Below are positions 59,671-64,000 of a DNA stretch of 64,000 nt, piece by piece. The DNA comes from Syncephalis fuscata S228 (taxonomy: Eukaryota > Fungi > Zoopagomycota): positions 372,001-436,000 of the forward strand of contig JAHLTZ010000017.1 of the NCBI GenBank assembly GCA_025786725.1, read 5' to 3'. Position 1 is the stretch's first letter. Each line of letters begins with the position of its first letter. The notes below the pieces were generated by a model. The model saw only the letters and a program-made list of their open reading frames with translations, did no database searches and had not been told where the DNA came from. The position numbers were made by a program, and so were the translations under genes.

Positions 59671-62600
59671 TTAAGCACTGGCGTTGTCAATAGATTGGCC
59701 ACCCATTGTTTTGCATTCTCATCGGTCCATTCTTGCATTGCACCAGCAATCTAATATGCATTTATTAGCCACCATTTAATAGAGCATACTATCAATACAT
59801 CTTAGTACTTACCGCATTAGGATGTTGACTATTAAATTGTTGCAAATGCATAGCCAGAATAGACGTGGATCGGCAACACTTGCCAATGGATCATCCGCAG
59901 GACGTGCAGCTGCACCAAGTTTACTGTAGACCGCTTGGAAACCAACTGATTCGTCTAAATCAAAAGTCTCCTCTTCGTTAGATGCTGCCACCAAAGAACG
60001 ATTCGATGTGAAAATGGTCACTACCGCCTTGAATAGTTCCGGCCTAGTCATCAATACATGGACATAAGTACAGATTCATGATAGTTATCCTAAATGCATT
60101 ACCAGATAAGCACCATGGATGGCTGCATAATTGCCGTAGATTGGGTCAAGAGACGAGTGTAGCCAATCGCACATGTCTTACAATCTAGCGGTAGAGTCAC
60201 TGTGGCAAGAGTTGGAATGACCACCGAAGTAACAAGATTGACAAACAATCTACTCATTCAATTAAATAGTATTAATGGTTATGAATATATAATCAGGTAT
60301 CCAATAGTTGACACTTACCCAGGCTGGATAGACTCGAACACTTTAATAACACTATCGGGTCCTTGTTTGAAATTGTCTGATCCTAGTAGAAAGCCCAAGA
60401 ATGTTACCAAGGCACGTGTAAACTTTTCTGTACGACTGCTTTGAAGTCGATTCAACAATAGACGTAAAATAGCCGGGAAATAATTGGTCATGCGTTCTCT
60501 AATATAGCAACATAACCAGTTGGTTAAACGCAATGCTTGTATATTCAATATCAATAGCTGCTTACTCGGGTGCATTGATAAATAGAGATTGTAACAACTC
60601 GAATCCATATTGGTCGTTCAACTTTGAAGCATTTAGTTTCTGGAATACGCCTAGTATTGGTTCAATTTGACCTCGTTCGAAAATACCCAAAATATCCTTT
60701 GAAATATACGCTCTAATCAATCGAGCCAATGCCGGAATGTTACCTAGACCATTAATAGATTGGTCAAATGTAGTAGACTAAACATTATAAATAGCTACCT
60801 TGTACTTCCCAAAGTGCAGGTTGTAAGAAAGGTGGCAACATGGCAGCATAGGCTGGTGGTACATTACTATGCATTTCAAGCATAAGAGCCATCACTTGGA
60901 TAACATAAGGAATAAATTCTATAAATTTGTTAATACCAACTGTCATTACAATATTGGTGCAAATATCATACCAGCTACATCCCGTTGTAAAATAGATTGA
61001 CATGCGGGAATTAATTGTTCTTCCAATGTAGCCAATCCTGCAGGTCCACATCTATTCAATGAAACATGTCAATTGTATATTATCCAATCTATTGAATAAC
61101 ACTTACCGGAACAATGCACTGACTGCCTCAAATGTATAATGATTGAAGCGTGGATTACTTGGATTAGTGCTTACTGCTTCAATGATCGTTACCAATTTGG
61201 TCATAATAAGTTGTGGCTGTGATACTTGATCATAACCAGTAACTAGAATACGCATAATAGCTAACAGCAATAATTATATAATATTAGTAAACAAATAGAT
61301 TAGTGACATATATGCCTACCTTTCATTAAAAATTCATTCTCGCCAATTTCTCTGGCGATTGGCTTTTTCCAAATGAGCAAATAGTTTAATGAGCAATGTA
61401 TCGACATATGGCTTAATATCCAATGAAGTAATTCTATATCATATTGTTAGATAATAGTTATGATTAAACGACTAAAATGAAAGAATTAATGACTATTCAT
61501 TTTACAGTTACATACAATAATGCGGACTGGCCTGTTTGATGGTCAAAATACGTTCAATACAGATGGCTGCATACGTATAGACAATAACATGCTCGGATCC
61601 AAGACGCTCAGCCAACAATGGCATAATCAGCATAAGTTGCTCTTTAGTAAGCTAGTAATTATCAATATACATATATTATAGTAAATAAACACACTATATG
61701 TCATCAATTAACACTTTACCTGATGACGGAATGTATTAACAAACTTGATAGCATCCATCTGTAACACAGGATGTACTGTATTGGCCGGTGCTTGTAGATC
61801 AGTAAGCACATTATTGGAGAAAAAGCTAACAACATCAACAAATTGACTTGTTGTAATGGCACCCTGATAGTATCATTGGTTATAAATGTATTTGTATATA
61901 TATATATGATGTATGTATATAAGTATACCTACGTGAGATGTGGTACTACGTGCAGCAATTGAAGTCAATAGATAAATGGCAATATCCTTGTCACGCCAGT
62001 TACTAGCTGGATTCTCGGCATAACGCTATTTAATCATTAGTATTGCATGAATAGATTGTATATTGTTTAATAGTTACCTGTAAGAATTGCGTAATATATA
62101 AAGTAATGATGTTTGTTGTTTGTTGTGCAAATTGTTCTTGCAATGCTTGGACCAAATCAGTGGCTGCTTTACGACGTGTATCGTTTTCTATATCCCACTA
62201 ATGTAAGTATTGATGTATATATATAGTATTTATATCCCTAATTACCTGTGCCTTCTAAGTCCTTGCGAATAAAAGCAATTGGCTCATCTTCAATTAACTC
62301 TTCATCTGATTCTATTTGTAGTTATTGTGATGAGTATTCATAGTCATATTGTTACAAGTATTACGTTTAGTGACAGTTGATTTACAGATAGTTTAAATGA
62401 CTACTTACCACGCATACTCATATTTTGAAGTACAAGTTTTTCACAAATCTTCTCCATGGTTTCTTCATTGCCAAACATTTCTCGTGTATCTCTCAATTTA
62501 ACAACGGTGGCCAAAAACGATAATGCTTTGCACATCAACTAATATTCATCATTAATCTAAATGTCTTATATTCATTGCTTCTACTTATTAATAACAAATT

Positions 62601-64000
62601 GCTTACAATATCATTCTTGGCATCCAATGAGAGTTTAGTCAACATGGTCCAGATGATGGTAATGAATTCTTGAAGCATCTTGAATTCTTCGGCATATCGT
62701 TTGGCATATAGATCAACAATTTCACAAATGCTTGCCCGTAGTTTCTCCAATGGACCTGCTTCATCAACATCCTAAATATTAAATATCCATTTGTTAATGT
62801 ACGTAATTGACTATGTCTAATCTTTAGTAATTTAATACAATTGGTACATACTTGAGTCTCTACAATTGGATTGGCGTATAACAGATATTTACGGAAGATG
62901 GTCATAAATTCCGTCATGTGATCTTCAAAGAACTCGGGTAAATCTTGTGCATTCAAATTATAAAACACTTTGGCTGACAAAAACATCGATTCAAGCAATG
63001 TTTGAAGTGCTGCTGCATCATTTTCATTCTTATCAATCAATTGATCGGTATTCTATTATAAACATTAGCATTAGTATTGGTATATATACATCAATGATAA
63101 ATCAAATAAATGAATGAAAATATTAATATAATATACTTATTCATATATTACATACCAATACTAAATCAAGGAATGGCTGACCAAATACACCAATAACATA
63201 TTTGATCTCAGAAAAGATGGCATCTGATGCAAAAGCGTGTCGCCATCTAAATAATGAATGTTATGAATATTAATATACACGTTAATCATCACATCCACTT
63301 CTTACCCTTTGAATAACATATGAATTGTCTTAAGAATACCATTATTAATGGTGTAGTCTTGAGGATTAAGCTTTGCAACTAGATTCTAATAATATAATAA
63401 TTGAATTAATATAATATTGATTAGTTAATTGTTTGTCATGATGATTTGACCAGTAATAGGCCATTTACGCGATAAACTTACTGGCACCAAATCAGACCAG
63501 TCTGCTGGAAAGTCATTGTCGGCAATTGTAGCAATAATCTCGCCAATCTGAACCTGAATCCTTGGCACGACCTTGACTAGCACGTCAACAATATTGGCTT
63601 TGATAGCCTGGCGATCCTGTGGTGAAATAGAATCCTGTCCATCCGTCTAAGATGGTTTAAACCAATTAGTCAAGCAGTAACGCATTTAAAATAGCGCTAA
63701 TAGCACTTACTACGCTCCAGTAACGCTTAACGAAATTCTTAAGCAACAATGCAGCAGCAAAGCAAATATTAGGATCTGTGCCATCTTTGACGATCAGTGT
63801 CAAAGTAAGTAGCGGGAATCCAGCATTCTTTTCCACAGACTTTAGAAACTGCTCAGCTTTAGACGTTATAGAAACACGTCAGTTTATTTGCGTTAAGAAT
63901 GGCCAGGTTTGCGTGTTTTTGCTCGCTAGTAACTCACCTTCTCGACGTAGCGCAGGATCCAAGGTTTGGCCGAGGTATTGCGCAAGAACTTGCAGATTTT
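59671..64000 (-). CDS. CSE1: Importin-alpha re-exporter Cse1/exportin-2 (start lies just beyond the window)
   Basis: KNFVKRYW, IADNDFPADW, QDLPEFFEDHM, DLEGTENDTRRKAATDLV, NPSNPRFNHYTFE and EFIPYVIQV. Confidence 0.92.

Noticed and set aside
60692-60700. ATATCCTTT as a second U12 donor
   Set aside because: It is on the strand opposite CSE1, inside a coding exon, with no matching branch site.

Overview
AT-rich, intron-dense eukaryotic DNA from an early-diverging fungus (gene content and intron style suggest Zoopagomycota, e.g. a Syncephalis-like mycoparasite; this is inference). About 20 genes are supportable: a secreted S8 subtilisin, two tandem Sds3-like genes, NOP12, RPC1, NAXD, CDC55, an INTS4-like gene, RSM23/DAP3, ACAD8, SPT20, UPRT, RBM18, URG1/URC1, FBXO9/HRT3, a UGT, PLC1, a Ser/Thr kinase and a partial CSE1. 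Many conserved genes carry single-base homopolymer deletions, so the assembly probably has systematic indel errors. Main discovery: the apparent degenerate satellite at 4.1-5.8 kb reads on the minus strand as 21 consecutive 3-nt micro-exons, each bounded by YAG and GT/GC donor consensus and separated by 71-86 nt repeat-derived introns. The array follows a signal-peptide exon, giving a candidate secreted-peptide micro-exon gene. A decayed second copy lies at 33.3-33.7 kb, and an independent 3-nt exon restores the conserved C-terminus of CDC55. RPC1 also contains a U12-type (minor spliceosome) intron. All gene calls come from motif recognition by eye; no database search was run.
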